64,000 nt of DNA from positions 137,516,001-137,580,000 of the forward strand of contig OX597818.1 in NCBI GenBank assembly GCA_951406725.2, in the 5' to 3' direction. The DNA comes from Octopus vulgaris (Eukaryota). A program made the position numbers and the translations under genes. Under the pieces are notes generated by a model, which saw only the letters and a program-made list of their open reading frames with translations, searched no databases and had not been told where the DNA came from. Shown here piece after piece: positions 28,165-39,769 of this stretch; the first letter of the stretch is position 1, and the number at the start of each line of letters is the position of its first letter.

Positions 28165-28796
28165 CTAATTTTATTTGTAAAATATGTTGTCTAAATGACT
28201 ATTTTCTGCATGCTAGGCCACTGGTAGAAAATTCCGCTTCTACCCTATATTTTCTTAATATGATCTTTAGTAATTTTGAAGGTAGTCGGCACATAAAGTT
28301 CTTGTTTGCTATCGACAACTGCGCTTGCGCGGTGGATTTGAAAAATTATAATCTATAAAGATGGTACATGTGCTCTCTACTTGTCCCATAATTATATGTT
28401 ATCTAGCGGCCCCTGTTGATGAATGGATACAGATAAACAAATTAATTTAATTGTTCATTAATGTCCGAAACCGAGGTACAAGTGGTAGCTATTGAAAAGG
28501 TTATATTTCAGCCCTTCCGAAATTGCTCTTTACCGTGTTTTGGATTTTGACTGTTCCTTCTAGCATGTAAGGTCTCCTGTTAGAGGTCACTTCTTTTGTG
28601 TATAAATGTACACTAATTTTATTTGAAATATATATATATATATATATATAAATAGTGTAATAAATAAAATATATGCATACATACAAACATATATATACGT
28701 ACCGACATCTACATGTATATATACATGCTCGAATTCTCACTTCGTTCCGTCTCTTCCTCCTTGTCCGTTTTTACAGTTTATATATATATATATATA

Positions 28797-29000
28797 ACGG
28801 GAAGCTTTATGAAAATAAACAAAAGACGAAGGCAGGTGGAATAAAAACAAACAATTGTATTAGTATGGCGCTCAGGAATATGAATAAAACAAGTCTTTTA
28901 CGTTTCGAGCCTACGCTCTTCAACAGAAAGATACACAGAAAAGGAACACAGAAAGAAACAAGGAGAGAAAAAAAATGCGTGCAGAGGCTAGCGAATCAAC
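28797..29000 (-). mobile_element. (TA)n-associated repeat family G with variant HHR (28894-28931)
   Basis: Near-identical to 54435-54638. Minus strand reads TCTTT-CTGTTGAA-GAGC-GTAG-GCTC-GAAA-CG-TA-AAAGA. Confidence 0.75.
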
Positions 29001-29211
29001 AAAGACAGGCTTGTTTAATTTTCGTCTATCAAATCCATCTTTAGTCAGTCCGGGGCCATCGTAGATGGCACTCACTCAATATGCTAAGTATTGGGACTGA
29101 ACCCAGAACGATGCAGTTGGGAAGCAAAATTCTTACCACACATATGTACGGCTATATGTGTGCGCTGAGAGTGAGAGAGTAAATGTGTGAGAGAGAGAAA
29201 GTGGAGGAGAA

Positions 29212-29272
<61 letters not shown>

Positions 29273-30117
29273 AAGCCCAGCAGAGATAAAGATGTAGTGA
29301 GGCGAAAAGTAAGAGGGTGATCATAAAAATATCAATCAGAAATAAAATGAGAGACGAAGGAAAGTTTAAAATGAGTGAGTTAATATATTAAGGAAAAGAT
29401 AGAAGAAGGCGGGAAACGCTGAGATGCAATGCATGAGATCAGAATACAAGTTGGAAAATTGTCAGTTATGGGGCGCTGTTTAGTAAATCTAATAGCTGTG
29501 AGGTGCCCTATCATGCCAAATAGCCTGCAGCGATTGAAGTATTTTGTTATATGAGTTTTAATTAATTTACATTAAAGATTCCAATAGAAATCAATAGTTA
29601 GTGACAACAAACGGCGCCAAGCAACAATGGTGGGAAGCAGTTTTATTCTTGTTATACTTAGAGTGAAGGTAGGCCAATGATGGGAAGGCTTGAAAGCGAT
29701 CGGTCGTCAGGCTAGAAATGGTAGCCAAATCTCATTGCGATGAGAGGAGCGCAGTCATGAGTGAGTATCGAAGACGCTTGCCATGCAATTGCATAACCCC
29801 AGATTCAAAAACCCTGCAAAAAGTACTGCAGTCTAGGGTTCAAAAGCATATATGCATGTATGCATTTACGTATACACACACACACACACTCATATATGTA
29901 TATACATATGCATACATACATTCATACATACGTACATATACACATATATATACACATATATACATGTATATCTGTTTGTATACATCCACAGACATACATA
30001 CATATAGTGCGTGTGCATGTGTGTATATGTGTATATGTGTGTGCGTATGTGCGTCTCTGTATCTATATATCTACCTATCTGCGTGTATATATATATAATA
30101 TGTATATATATATAATA

Positions 30118-30162
<45 letters not shown>

Positions 30163-30356
30163 TACATTATATAAAAGGGCTTAGTAAAATAAATTACTTC
30201 GCCGCATACTGAACTCATTAGAAATAGCAGCTAAAAAACTTTTTTAAAGCTATTTCTAATACTTAAAGAAAATCTCTCTCATATATAGTGTTTGCTTAAT
30301 TCAACTCACAAAAGTTTGGGGGTAATGACATCAAAAAATCAAATGCTAAGGTTATT

Positions 30357-30408
30357 TGAGTACGTACGTTTCAAGATTAGTTAAAACAACATTTCTATCT
30401 TCAGCTCA
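30357..30408 (-). ncRNA. HHR motif, inverted array unit
   Basis: Reverse complement of TGAG-CTGAAGA-TAG...CTT-GAAA-CGTACG-TA-CTCA. Confidence 0.7.
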
Positions 30409-30908
30409 GAAATTCCTTGGTTTGGATTTGGAAACACTGAAAGTAAGAACATACCCTTTCGAAGATTCGCTCGTTACTAACAGTGCCAACAAACCCAAAA
30501 TAAGCAAGTGAAGAATTTCTGTTCTCCCCTTTCCACCAGCGTGGGTTAAAATCATCAAACGCTATGCTTATTTCGGTAAAATCCGAAGCATTAATTAGAG
30601 GAGATTAATTATAATTTCAACAATTGAGGGTAAAATTAATTAATTATTAATCAATTTCACCAAGTGTTCAGTATGCAAAGGGACCATTTAAGGCGAATTC
30701 AAATTATTACATTATATAAAAGGGCTTAGTAAAATAAATTACTTCGCCGCATACTGAACTCATTAGAAATAGCAGCTAAAAAACTTTTTTAAAGCTATTT
30801 CTAATACTTAAAGAAATTTTGGGTTTGTTGGCACTGTTAGTAACGAGCGAATCTTCGAAAGGGTATGTTCTTACTTTCAGTGTTTCCAAATCCAAACCAA
30901 GGAATTTC

Positions 30909-30960
30909 TGAGCTGAAGATAGAAATGTTGTTTTAACTAATCTTGAAACGTACGTACTCA
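30909..30960 (+). ncRNA. HHR motif, array unit 1
   Basis: TGAG-CTGAAGA-TAGAAATGTTGTTTTAACTAATCTT-GAAA-CGTACG-TA-CTCA. An outer AAGG/CCTT pairing extends helix I. Confidence 0.7.
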
Positions 30961-31454
30961 AATAACCTTAGCATTTGATTTTTTGATGTCATTACCCCCA
31001 AACTTTTGTGAGTTGAATTAAGCAAACACTATATATGAGAGAGATTTTCTTTAAGTATTAGAAATAGCTTTAAAAAAGTTTTTTAGCTGCTATTTCTAAT
31101 GAGTTCAGTATGCGGCGAAGTAATTTATTTTACTAAGCCCTTTTATATAATGTAATAATTTGAATTCGCCTTAAATGGTCCCTTTGCATACTGAACACTT
31201 GGTGAAATTGATTAATAATTAATTAATTTTACCCTCAATTGTTGAAATTATAATTAATCTCCCTCTAATTAATGCTTCGGATTTTACCGAAATAAGCATA
31301 GCGTTTGATGATTTTAATCCACGCTGGTGGAAAGGGGAGAACAGAAATTCTTCACTTGCTTATTTTGGGTTTGTTGGCACTGTTAGTAACGAGCGAATCT
31401 TCGAAAGGGTATGTTCTTACTTTCAGTGTTTCCAAATCCAAACCAAGGAATTTC

Positions 31455-31506
31455 TGAGCTGAAGATAGAAATGTTGTTTTAACTAATCTTGAAACGTACG
31501 TACTCA
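31455..31506 (+). ncRNA. HHR motif, array unit 2
   Basis: Identical motif to unit 1. Confidence 0.7.
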
Positions 31507-31999
31507 AATAACCTTAGCATTTGATTTTTTGATGTCATTACCCCCAAACTTTTGTGAGTTGAATTAAGCAAACACTATATATGAGAGAGATTTTCTTTAA
31601 GTATTAGAAATAGCTTTAAAAAGTTTTTTAGCTGCTATTTCTAATGAGTTCAGTATGCGGCGAAGTAATTTATTTTACTAAGCCCTTTTATATAATGTAA
31701 TAATTTGAATTCGCCTTAAATGGTCCCTTTGCATACTGAACACTTGGTGAAATTGATTAATAATTAATTAATTTTACCCTCAATTGTTGAAATTATAATT
31801 AATCTCCCTCTAATTAATGCTTCGGATTTTACCGAAATAAGCATAGCGTTTGATGATTTTAATCCACGCTGGTGGAAAGGAGAGAACAGAAATTCTTCAC
31901 TTGCTTATTTTGGGTTTGTTGGCACTGTTAGTAACGAGCGAATCTTCGAAAGGGTATGTTCTTACTTTCAGTGTTTCCAAATCCAAACCAAGGAATTTC

Positions 32000-32051
32000 T
32001 GAGCTGAAGATAGAAATGTTGTTTTAACTAATCTTGAAACGTACGTACTCA
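32000..32051 (+). ncRNA. HHR motif, array unit 3
   Basis: Identical motif to unit 1. Confidence 0.7.
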
Positions 32052-32545
32052 AATAACCTTAGCATTTGATTTTTTGATGTCATTACCCCCAAACTTTTGT
32101 GAGTTGAATTAAGCAAACACTATATATGAGAGAGATTTTCTTTAAGTATTAGAAATAGCTTTAAAAAAGTTTTTTAGCTGCTATTTCTAATGAGTTCAGT
32201 ATGCGGCGAAGTAATTTATTTTACTAAGCCCTTTTATATAATGTAATAATTTGAATTCGCCTTAAATGGTCCCTTTGCATACTGAACACTTGGTGAAATT
32301 GATTAATAATTAATTAATTTTACCCTCAATTGTTGAAATTATAATTAATCTCCCTCTAATTAATGCTTCGGATTTTACCGAAATAAGCATAGCGTTTGAT
32401 GATTTTAACCCACGCTGGTGGAAAGGGGAGAACAGAAATTCTTCACTTGCTTATTTTGGGTTTGTTGGCACTGTTAGTAACGAGCGAATCTTCGAAAGGG
32501 TATGTTCTTACTTTCAGTGTTTCCAAATCCAAACCAAGGAATTTC

Positions 32546-32597
32546 TGAGCTGAAGATAGAAATGTTGTTTTAACTAATCTTGAAACGTACGTACTCA
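32546..32597 (+). ncRNA. HHR motif, array unit 4
   Basis: Identical motif to unit 1. Confidence 0.7.
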
Positions 32598-32879
32598 AAT
32601 AACCTTAGCATTTGATTTTTTGATGTCATTACCCCCAAACTTTTGTGAGTTGAATTAAGCAAACACTATATATGAGAGATTTTCTTTAAGTATTAGAAAT
32701 AGCTTTAAAAAAGTTTTTTAGCTGCTATTTCTAATGAGTTCAGTATGCGGCGAAGTAATTTATTTTACTAAGCCCTTTTATATAATGTAATAATTTGAAT
32801 TCGCCTTAAATGGTCCCTTTGCATACTGAACACTTGGTGAAATTGATTAATAATTAATTAATTTTACCCTCAATTGTTG

Positions 32880-32943
<64 letters not shown>

Positions 32944-33486
32944 ATGTTACATTACTCGGTAGTCAAGATAAAACTCTGAGTTTCAGATGCCGAAGTGGAA
33001 ATCCACAACACCATCTCTTCGGTTATCTGGCTATTTGAAAACGTTATGAAAAAATACCGTTAAATAAAGGGAAATTACTCTGTTATAACTCTGCTTGCCT
33101 GCGTACTTATACATTGCTCGCATTTTTCGTCATAAAAATTATATAAAAATACATAAAAAATATATAAAAGATATATAAAAATATATAAATTCTTCTTGGG
33201 ACATAACATAGAAAGCATGTTCTATCTGTTTTCTTTAGGGGACCAAAAACGTAACAGAAACTTAGTCACATGTGGGCATGATCCGAAAAGCTCTGTCCTT
33301 GTATTTAGACATGTAGTAGTGTCTAAGCTGCTTTTCAGATAAGCCATCTCTCCATGTCGCATAGACCGCACCTTCCGCTGCCGTTAGTATAGGGCTTACA
33401 TCTGGCCAAAATCTTCCATTGTATGTTATAATCGACACCTTTATCTCTTAAAGACCAAATATGATTAGACAATTGTGTCGCTTTAA

Positions 33487-33738
33487 GTGTCTAATCATAT
33501 TTGGTCTTTTAGAGATAAAGGTGTCGATTATAACATACAATGGAAGATTTTGGCCAGATGTAAGCCCTATACTAACGGCAGCGGAAGGTGCGGTCTATGC
33601 GACATGGAGAGATGGCTTATCTGGAAAAGCAGCTTAGACCCTACTACATGTCTAAATACAAGGACAGAGCTTTTCGGATCATGCCCACATGTGACTAAGT
33701 TTCTGTTACGTTTTTGGTCCCCTAAAGAAAACAGATAG
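33487..33738 (+). pseudogene. PLE GIY-YIG endonuclease C-terminal fragment
   Basis: SNHIWSFRDKGVDYNIQWKILARCKPYTNGSGRCGLCDMERWLI...CLNTRTELFGSCPHVTKFLL fits the S.HIW, I.WKIL, CxLC, LN.R.EL and CxH pattern of PLE endonuclease C-termini. The left arm adds KATQL upstream. Confidence 0.85.
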
Positions 33739-33930
33739 AACATGCTTTCTATGTTATGTCCCAAGAAGAATTTATATATTTTTATATATTTTTATATATT
33801 TTTTATGTATTTTTATATAATTTTTATGACGAAAAATGCGAGCAATGTATAAGTACGCAGGCAAGCAGAGTTATAACAGAGTAATTTCCCTTTATTTAAC
33901 GGTATTTTTTCATAACGTTTTCAAATAGCC

Positions 33931-33993
33931 AGATAACCGAAGAGATGGTGTTGTGGATTTCCACTTCGGCATCAGAAACTCAGAGTTTTATCT
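33931..33993 (+). ncRNA. HHR motif with CCGAAGA core in the PLE 3' UTR (mirror copy at 32966-33028, minus)
   Basis: AGATAA-CCGAAGA-GATG...GTGG/CCAC...CATC-A-GAAA-CTCAGAG-TT-TTATCT. Confidence 0.65.
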
Positions 33994-34087
33994 TGACTAC
34001 CGAGTAATGTAACATATTGTATAGATAAATTTCCTCTATTTACATAATATTGAGGTCTCTTTCTTTCTTTTGTTATCTTACCGTTTT

Positions 34088-34142
<55 letters not shown>

Positions 34143-34385
34143 TTGCATATGATTACCACTACTAGAAATTTCAAGAACTTTGTAAATAAGTACAAAAAAA
34201 ATAAATAAATAGATAAATATATTAATTGTAGTAGTCGTAACATCTACGTTTTTTTCTTCTTTTTTATTATCTAACTACTTACTGAGAAAGTCTGCTGTAG
34301 ATGGCTTCCATGCTAATGGATATGATCAAAAAACCACTGAACGGGAGAAAGTGCAGGTATTAAAACCTATAATGAGGAATCTTTT

Positions 34386-34425
34386 TTTAGATCTGTTTCG
34401 GGACGATTGTCCTTCTTCAGATAAA
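34386..34425 (-). ncRNA. Minimal HHR-like motif
   Basis: Minus strand reads TTTAT-CTGAAGA-AGGAC-AATC-GTCCC-GAAA-CAGA-TC-TAAA. Helix III is degenerate. Confidence 0.5.
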
Positions 34426-34759
34426 GTTTGTGTCCGTTTCAAATTGAAATTCAATGTTTTCTGGGTGGACGAAGAATATTCATTTGTTGCTGAATCCATT
34501 GTTTTGCCTCAGATCAACACTGACTGAAGAAACCAATGTGTTGTGTCCAACACTTTTTTTATTCAAACTAGAACCGCGTTATCTGATGCCTACTCATTCC
34601 TATAGATATTGTTCCTTTTTATGATTCAATCAAAAGCAGAAAGACAGTACCATGACTAATGGTCCCTCTAATTATTTTGCTGTGTCTGCAGGAACTTTGC
34701 ATTATATGCAAATTTTTTCTTTCTTCGACAGTTTTTGCGCGTTCATACGGGGGGGGGGG

Positions 34760-35141
34760 GGAGCACTCCGTCGGTTACGACGACGAGGGTTCCGGTTGAT
34801 CCGAATCAACGGAACAGCCTGCTCGTGAAATTAACGTGTAAGTGGCTGAGTACTCCACAGACACGTGCACCCTTAACGTAGTTCTCGGGGATATTCAGCG
34901 TGACACAGAGAGTGACAAGGCCGGCCCTTTGAAATACAGGTACAACAGAAACAGGAAGTAAGAATGAGAGAAAGTTGTGGTGAAAGAGTACTGCAGGGAT
35001 CACCACCATCCCCTGCCGGAGCCTCGTGGAGCTTTTAGGTGTTTTCGCTCAATAAACACTCACAACGCCCGGTCTGGGAATCGAAATCGCGATCCTATGA
35101 CCGCGAGTCCGCTGCCCTAACCACTGGGCAATTGCGCCTCC
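34760..35141 (-). mobile_element. SINE family B
   Basis: Near-identical to 14556-14940. Confidence 0.92.
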
Positions 35142-35499
35142 AGTACCATAACTAATGCTCCCTCTAATTATTTTGCTGTGTGTGCAGGTCGTTGCATTAT
35201 ATGCAAATTTGTCTTTCTTCGGTAGCTTTTGCGCGTTCATACGAGGAATAATGGCTCAAATATCTTCAATTATAAAACACCAATTTCACCCCGAAAATCT
35301 TGTTTGCGCACATTCCTTTCCTTTTCAACTTATAAAGTATTGTTATGTGCGAGCGCGAGGAAACACCGTATTTGTCTTTCGGAAATTGCGAATTTAAAGG
35401 GAGTGAAGAACGAAGCTCTCCTCAGACCGCAGAACTGACCCAGTTCTTGTAACATTGTTACCACTTTTGAAACTCAATGACCTGGTTGTATTAAATTAA

Positions 35500-35732
35500 G
35501 GGCGGCTAGCTGGCAGAAACGTTAGCACGCCGGGCGAAATGCCTAACAGTATTTCGTCTGCCGCTCCGTTCTGAGTTCAAATTCCGCCGAGGTCGACTTT
35601 GCCTTTCATCCTTTCGGGGTCGATAAATTAAGTACAAGTTACGCACTGGGGTCGATATATTCGGCTTAATTCCCTTTGTCTGTCCTTGTTTGTCCTCTCT
35701 GTGTTTAGCCCCTTGTGGGTAGTAAAGAAATA
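35500..35732 (+). mobile_element. SINE family C
   Basis: Head GCTGGCAGAAACGTTAGCACGCCGGGCG, B box GAGTTCAAATTCC, central GAGGTCGACTTTGCCTTTCATCCTTTCGGGGTCGATAAA (resembles a conserved SINE central domain such as Meta), tail AAAGAAATA. Confidence 0.85.
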
Positions 35733-36235
35733 TGTATTAAATTAAGCAAGAGATTAAGTTATTAACAATCTAGTTGACAATATTTTTACAGTTTCCCTTT
35801 AGGAAAATGCAGTCAGAATAACTTAGTCGTCTCGTAGCCTTGGTAGAAAACACTTATTTGATGTGCCACGTTGTGGGATTGTAATGTGAACGACGCAGTT
35901 GCGAAGTAGGCTGCCAAACCGCACAACAATACTTGCCCTTATGATGTACACGGAATGTAACTGCTATTTCTTGCTAGTTGAGTGACCGCGCGCGCGTGTG
36001 AGCATGTGTGTGTGAGTGACTGTGTGACTGTGTTTGAGTGTGTGTGGTGTGTGTAGTAAGGATGTTTGTGTGTGTGAAAGATAGAGAGAGAGAGAGAGAG
36101 AACAGGTGAAAAAGAGAGAGTAACAGGTGGTGTCTGTGTATGTGTGTGTGCATGTGTGTGTGTTCTTTTTCTTGATATCTCCATTGATTGTGGTGTCATA
36201 ATGTTTCTTTGTGAGAGTATATGCATGTATTTGTA

Positions 36236-36307
<72 letters not shown>

Positions 36308-36346
36308 CATCTATCTATCTACCTACCTACCTACCTACCTACCTAC

Positions 36347-36429
<83 letters not shown>

Positions 36430-36438
36430 CCTACCTAC

Positions 36439-36506
<68 letters not shown>
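36236..36506. repeat. (TCTA)n/(CCTA)n microsatellite
   Basis: Direct reading. Confidence 0.95.
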
Positions 36507-36936
36507 ATATGAGTCAGTGTGTCATACTGCGCGTGTATGTACAGATGTCGGTGTCAGGTACACAACGTGTGTGTGTGTGCGCGCGCATGTGTGCACATGT
36601 CTGTGCACGTGTGTGTTCGCCTGAATGCTTGTTTGTGCGTTGTATTGGAATAAAGAGTTAAAGTTTATGAATAAACCATCATGTTGAAGTGTAAATGAGT
36701 TAGGAGCAGAGAGAGTCAACATGTGGATTTGGCTGGAAAATATATGGAAATTAAAAACTACAGACACTGTTGCCAAAACTGAAATATTGATGATGATGAT
36801 GATGGCTTGGATGGTTAAGGTAAACAGCAGTGGTGGTCGATTAGAGTTAATGGTTAGTATGCAGTGATTGTAGTGGTGATTTGTTGTGAGTGTGTGGGTG
36901 GTAGATGTGATAGTAAAGGTGGTTGTTAGGTATGGT

Positions 36937-37317
36937 GGAGGCGCAATGGCCCAGTGGTTAGCGCAGCGGACTCGCGGTCATAGGATCGCGGTTTCGATTC
37001 CCAGACCGGGCGTTGTGAGTGTTTATTGAGCGAAAACACCTAAAGCTCCACGAGGCTCCGGCAGGGGATGGTGGTGATCCCTGCTGTACTCTTTCACCAC
37101 AACTTTCTCTCACTCTTTCTTCCTGTTTCTGTTGTACCTGTATTTCAAAGGGCCGGCCTTGTCACTCTCTGTGTCACGCTGAATATCCCCGAGAACTACG
37201 TTAAGGGTACACGTGTCTGTGGAGTGCTCAGCCACTTACACGTTAATTTCACGAGCAGGCTGTTCCGTTGATCGGATCAACCGGAACCCTCATCGTCGTA
37301 ACCGACGGAGTGCTTCT
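36937..37317 (+). mobile_element. SINE family B, 14-bp TSD
   Basis: TSD TTGTTAGGTATGGT at 36923-36936 and 37318-37331. Confidence 0.92.
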
Positions 37318-37537
37318 TTGTTAGGTATGGTGATAGTAGAGTTAGTGCGTGATGATTATGGTGGTGGTGATAGTAGTTGTTTAGTGTTAGTTTGTGTGTA
37401 GTGGTTGTGGTGCTTGTTAGTATGATGGTTGCGGTGTTGTGTTGTATGGTGGCGATCATAGTGCTTGGTGTTAGTGAATGTGTGGTTGTTTTAGTGGCAG
37501 TTAGTGTAGAAGTAGTGGTGTTTGTGGTTATGGTCAA

Positions 37538-37763
37538 GAGCTGGCAGAACCGTTTGCACGCCAGGCGAAATGCGTAGCCGTATTTCGTCTGCCGCTACGT
37601 TCTGAGCTCAAATTCCGCCGAGGTCGACTTTGCCTTTCATCCTTTCGGGGTCGATTAAATAAGTACCAGTTACGCACTGGGGTCGATGTAATCGACTTAA
37701 TCCCTTTTTCTGTCCTTGTTTGTCCCCTCTGTGTTTAGCCCCTTGTGGGTAGTAAAGAAATAG
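37538..37763 (+). mobile_element. SINE family C
   Basis: Matches 35500-35732. Confidence 0.88.
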
Positions 37764-38283
37764 ATGATTATGGTGGTGGTGATAGTAGTGGCTCTGTGTG
37801 TAGTGGTTGTGGTGCTTGTTAGTATGATGGTTGCGGTCTTGTGTTGTATGGTGGCGATCATAGTGCTTAGTGTTAGTGAATGTGTGGTTGTTGTACTAGC
37901 AGTTAGTGTAGAAGTAGTGGTGTTTGTGGTTATGGTCAATGCTAGTAGTATTAGTACATGAGTGGTGGTTAGGTTCGTTGTCGTGGTAGTAGTAGTTAGT
38001 GTGTGACGACCTTCGTGGTGCTGGTAGTGGTTTAGTTTTAGTCTGTGTGAAGTTGTTGTTGTGGTTGTTAGTGTCATGGTTGTACTGGTGTTGTGTGGTG
38101 GTGATCGCATTGGTTAGTGCTAGTGAATGTATGGTGTTTGCAGTAGCAGTTAGTGTAGAAGTAGTTGTGGTGCGTGTGGTTGTGATTTGTGCTAGTGGTA
38201 TTAGCGTGTGTGTGTGGTGGTAGTAGTAATTAATGTTAGTGTAGTGGTAGCGGTTATTATCAGTGTTGGTTGTGATGGCAGTG

Positions 38284-38612
38284 TGAAAGCGCATGGTCCA
38301 GTGGTTAGAGCATCGGCATCACAATCATGACATTGTGAGTTCGATTCTTGGACCGGGCTGTGTGTTTTGTTCTTGAGCAAGACACTTCGCTTCGCGTTGC
38401 TCCAGTTCACTTGGCAGTAGAAATGAGTAGCGACATTACTGGTGTCCAGCTGTATCAGCCTTTGTCTTTCCTTGGATAACATCGGTGGCGTGGAGAGGGC
38501 AGGCTGGTATGCATGGGCGACTACTGGTACTTCATAAACAAGCTTTCTCGGACTTGTACCTCGGAGGGTAACTTCTATGTGCAGTCCCATGGTCATTTAC
38601 GACAGAAGCGGC
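38284..38612 (+). mobile_element. SINE family D head with tail type ii
   Basis: tRNA-like head GCGCATGGTCCAGTGGTTAG...GAGTTCGATTC. The tail GGATAACATCGGTGGCGTGGAG...CCCATGGTCATT is shared with 54113-54398. Confidence 0.78.
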
Positions 38613-39139
38613 GTCATTACTCTGTGGTGGCAATGTTAGTAACTATGGTAGTGTTTGTGGCGGCATTGGTTTTAGTTTGGCATTAGTATGTGACAGTAGT
38701 GTTAACATTAGTTTTACTGATTGAGTGTTTGGTAGTAGAGTTGGTGCTGAGTTGTGCTAGTTGCGATAATTAGTGTTTGGAGGTAGAATTAACGGAGATT
38801 GAGCTCTTACACTAACATGCTACTAATTAGACAAAAGCGAGATGCGACAAATATATCTTTTGTCCTACAGACATACACTAACATTCACCCAGTCTGTCAG
38901 TACTTGTTGTATCGTAGCTTCAGGGCCTCAGTAGCCCTAAGAGCAATGCCGGCCGAAAGCAAGCATCTTGAACAGTTCAAAGGATAGAGGCCATATTAAT
39001 AGGGATCATCTCTTCCAGGAGATTAAAATCAGTTTGGTTACAGCCAATACCCCTATTTGTGGAGGCGCATGGCTCAGTGGTTAGGGTGTTGGACTGATGC
39101 TCGTAGAAAGAAAAACGCAAGATGGGTAAAGTTAGCTTC

Positions 39140-39369
39140 TCGAGCTATGCCAGGTTCATAAGGGCCGGTTTCCTGATGTATATATTCCCGATCTGGACGG
39201 GGCGGCGGTTCAGTGCAAGATTACTCGTTTTTGCCAGTTGAGTGGACTGGTGCAACGTGAAATTGAAGTGTTTTGCTCAAGAACGCATCGCATTGCCACG
39301 TCCAGGAATCTAAACCACAATCTTAGGATCATAATTCCAGCACCCTAATCACTAAGACACGCGCCTTCA
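39140..39369 (-). mobile_element. SINE family D, tail type i
   Basis: Homologous to 55041-55290. Confidence 0.78.
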
Positions 39370-39497
39370 TTAGTGTCCATGGTGTCATAGAGATCCAAGA
39401 TTGGCAATCGAAAATGATAGGAGAAAGATTTTCAAATATCAATAAAGTGGAAATATACAAAAATAAACATTAATTTCTGTCATACTGTTACCGTTAT

Positions 39498-39697
39498 TCT
39501 TTTATTTGTTTCAGTCATTTTACTGCGGCCATGCTGGAGCACCGCCTTTAGTCAAACAGATCAAACCCGGGGTTTATGCTTTGTAAGCCTAGTACTTATC
39601 TATCGGTATCTTTTGCCGAACCGCTAGGTTATGGGCACACCAACATCGGTTGTCAGGCGATGGCGGGGGCCAAATATAGACACACAAACAAATGTGT

Positions 39698-39769
<72 letters not shown>

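Larger units (their letters stand above)
30159..32886 (+). mobile_element. ~546-bp tandem array (about 3.8 units, 30817-32886) preceded by an inverted ~1.2-unit copy (30159-30816), one HHR motif per unit
   Basis: Anchor GGGTTTGTTGGCAC recurs at 30821, 31367, 31912 and 32458. Units differ by only a few bases, and (TA)n flanks both ends. Confidence 0.92.
32936..34090 (+). mobile_element. Penelope-like element 3' end with inverted duplicate (large hairpin)
   Basis: Arms 32936-33471 and 33488-34023 are reverse complements with a handful of differences and a 16-nt spacer. The right arm runs on to (TA)n at 34091. Confidence 0.92.

Noticed and set aside
31223-31462. 79-codon stop-free frame in each array unit, ending at the TGA of the HHR core
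   Set aside because: It has no start codon and no recognisable motif. It cannot be supported as coding without a search.
30159-32886. CRISPR-like or satellite interpretation of the array
   Set aside because: There are no unique spacers and the context is eukaryotic. Dispersed copies and the inversion fit a mobile element better.
36937-37010. tRNA-like sequences with A and B boxes
   Set aside because: They lack a full cloverleaf and are SINE heads, not tRNA genes.
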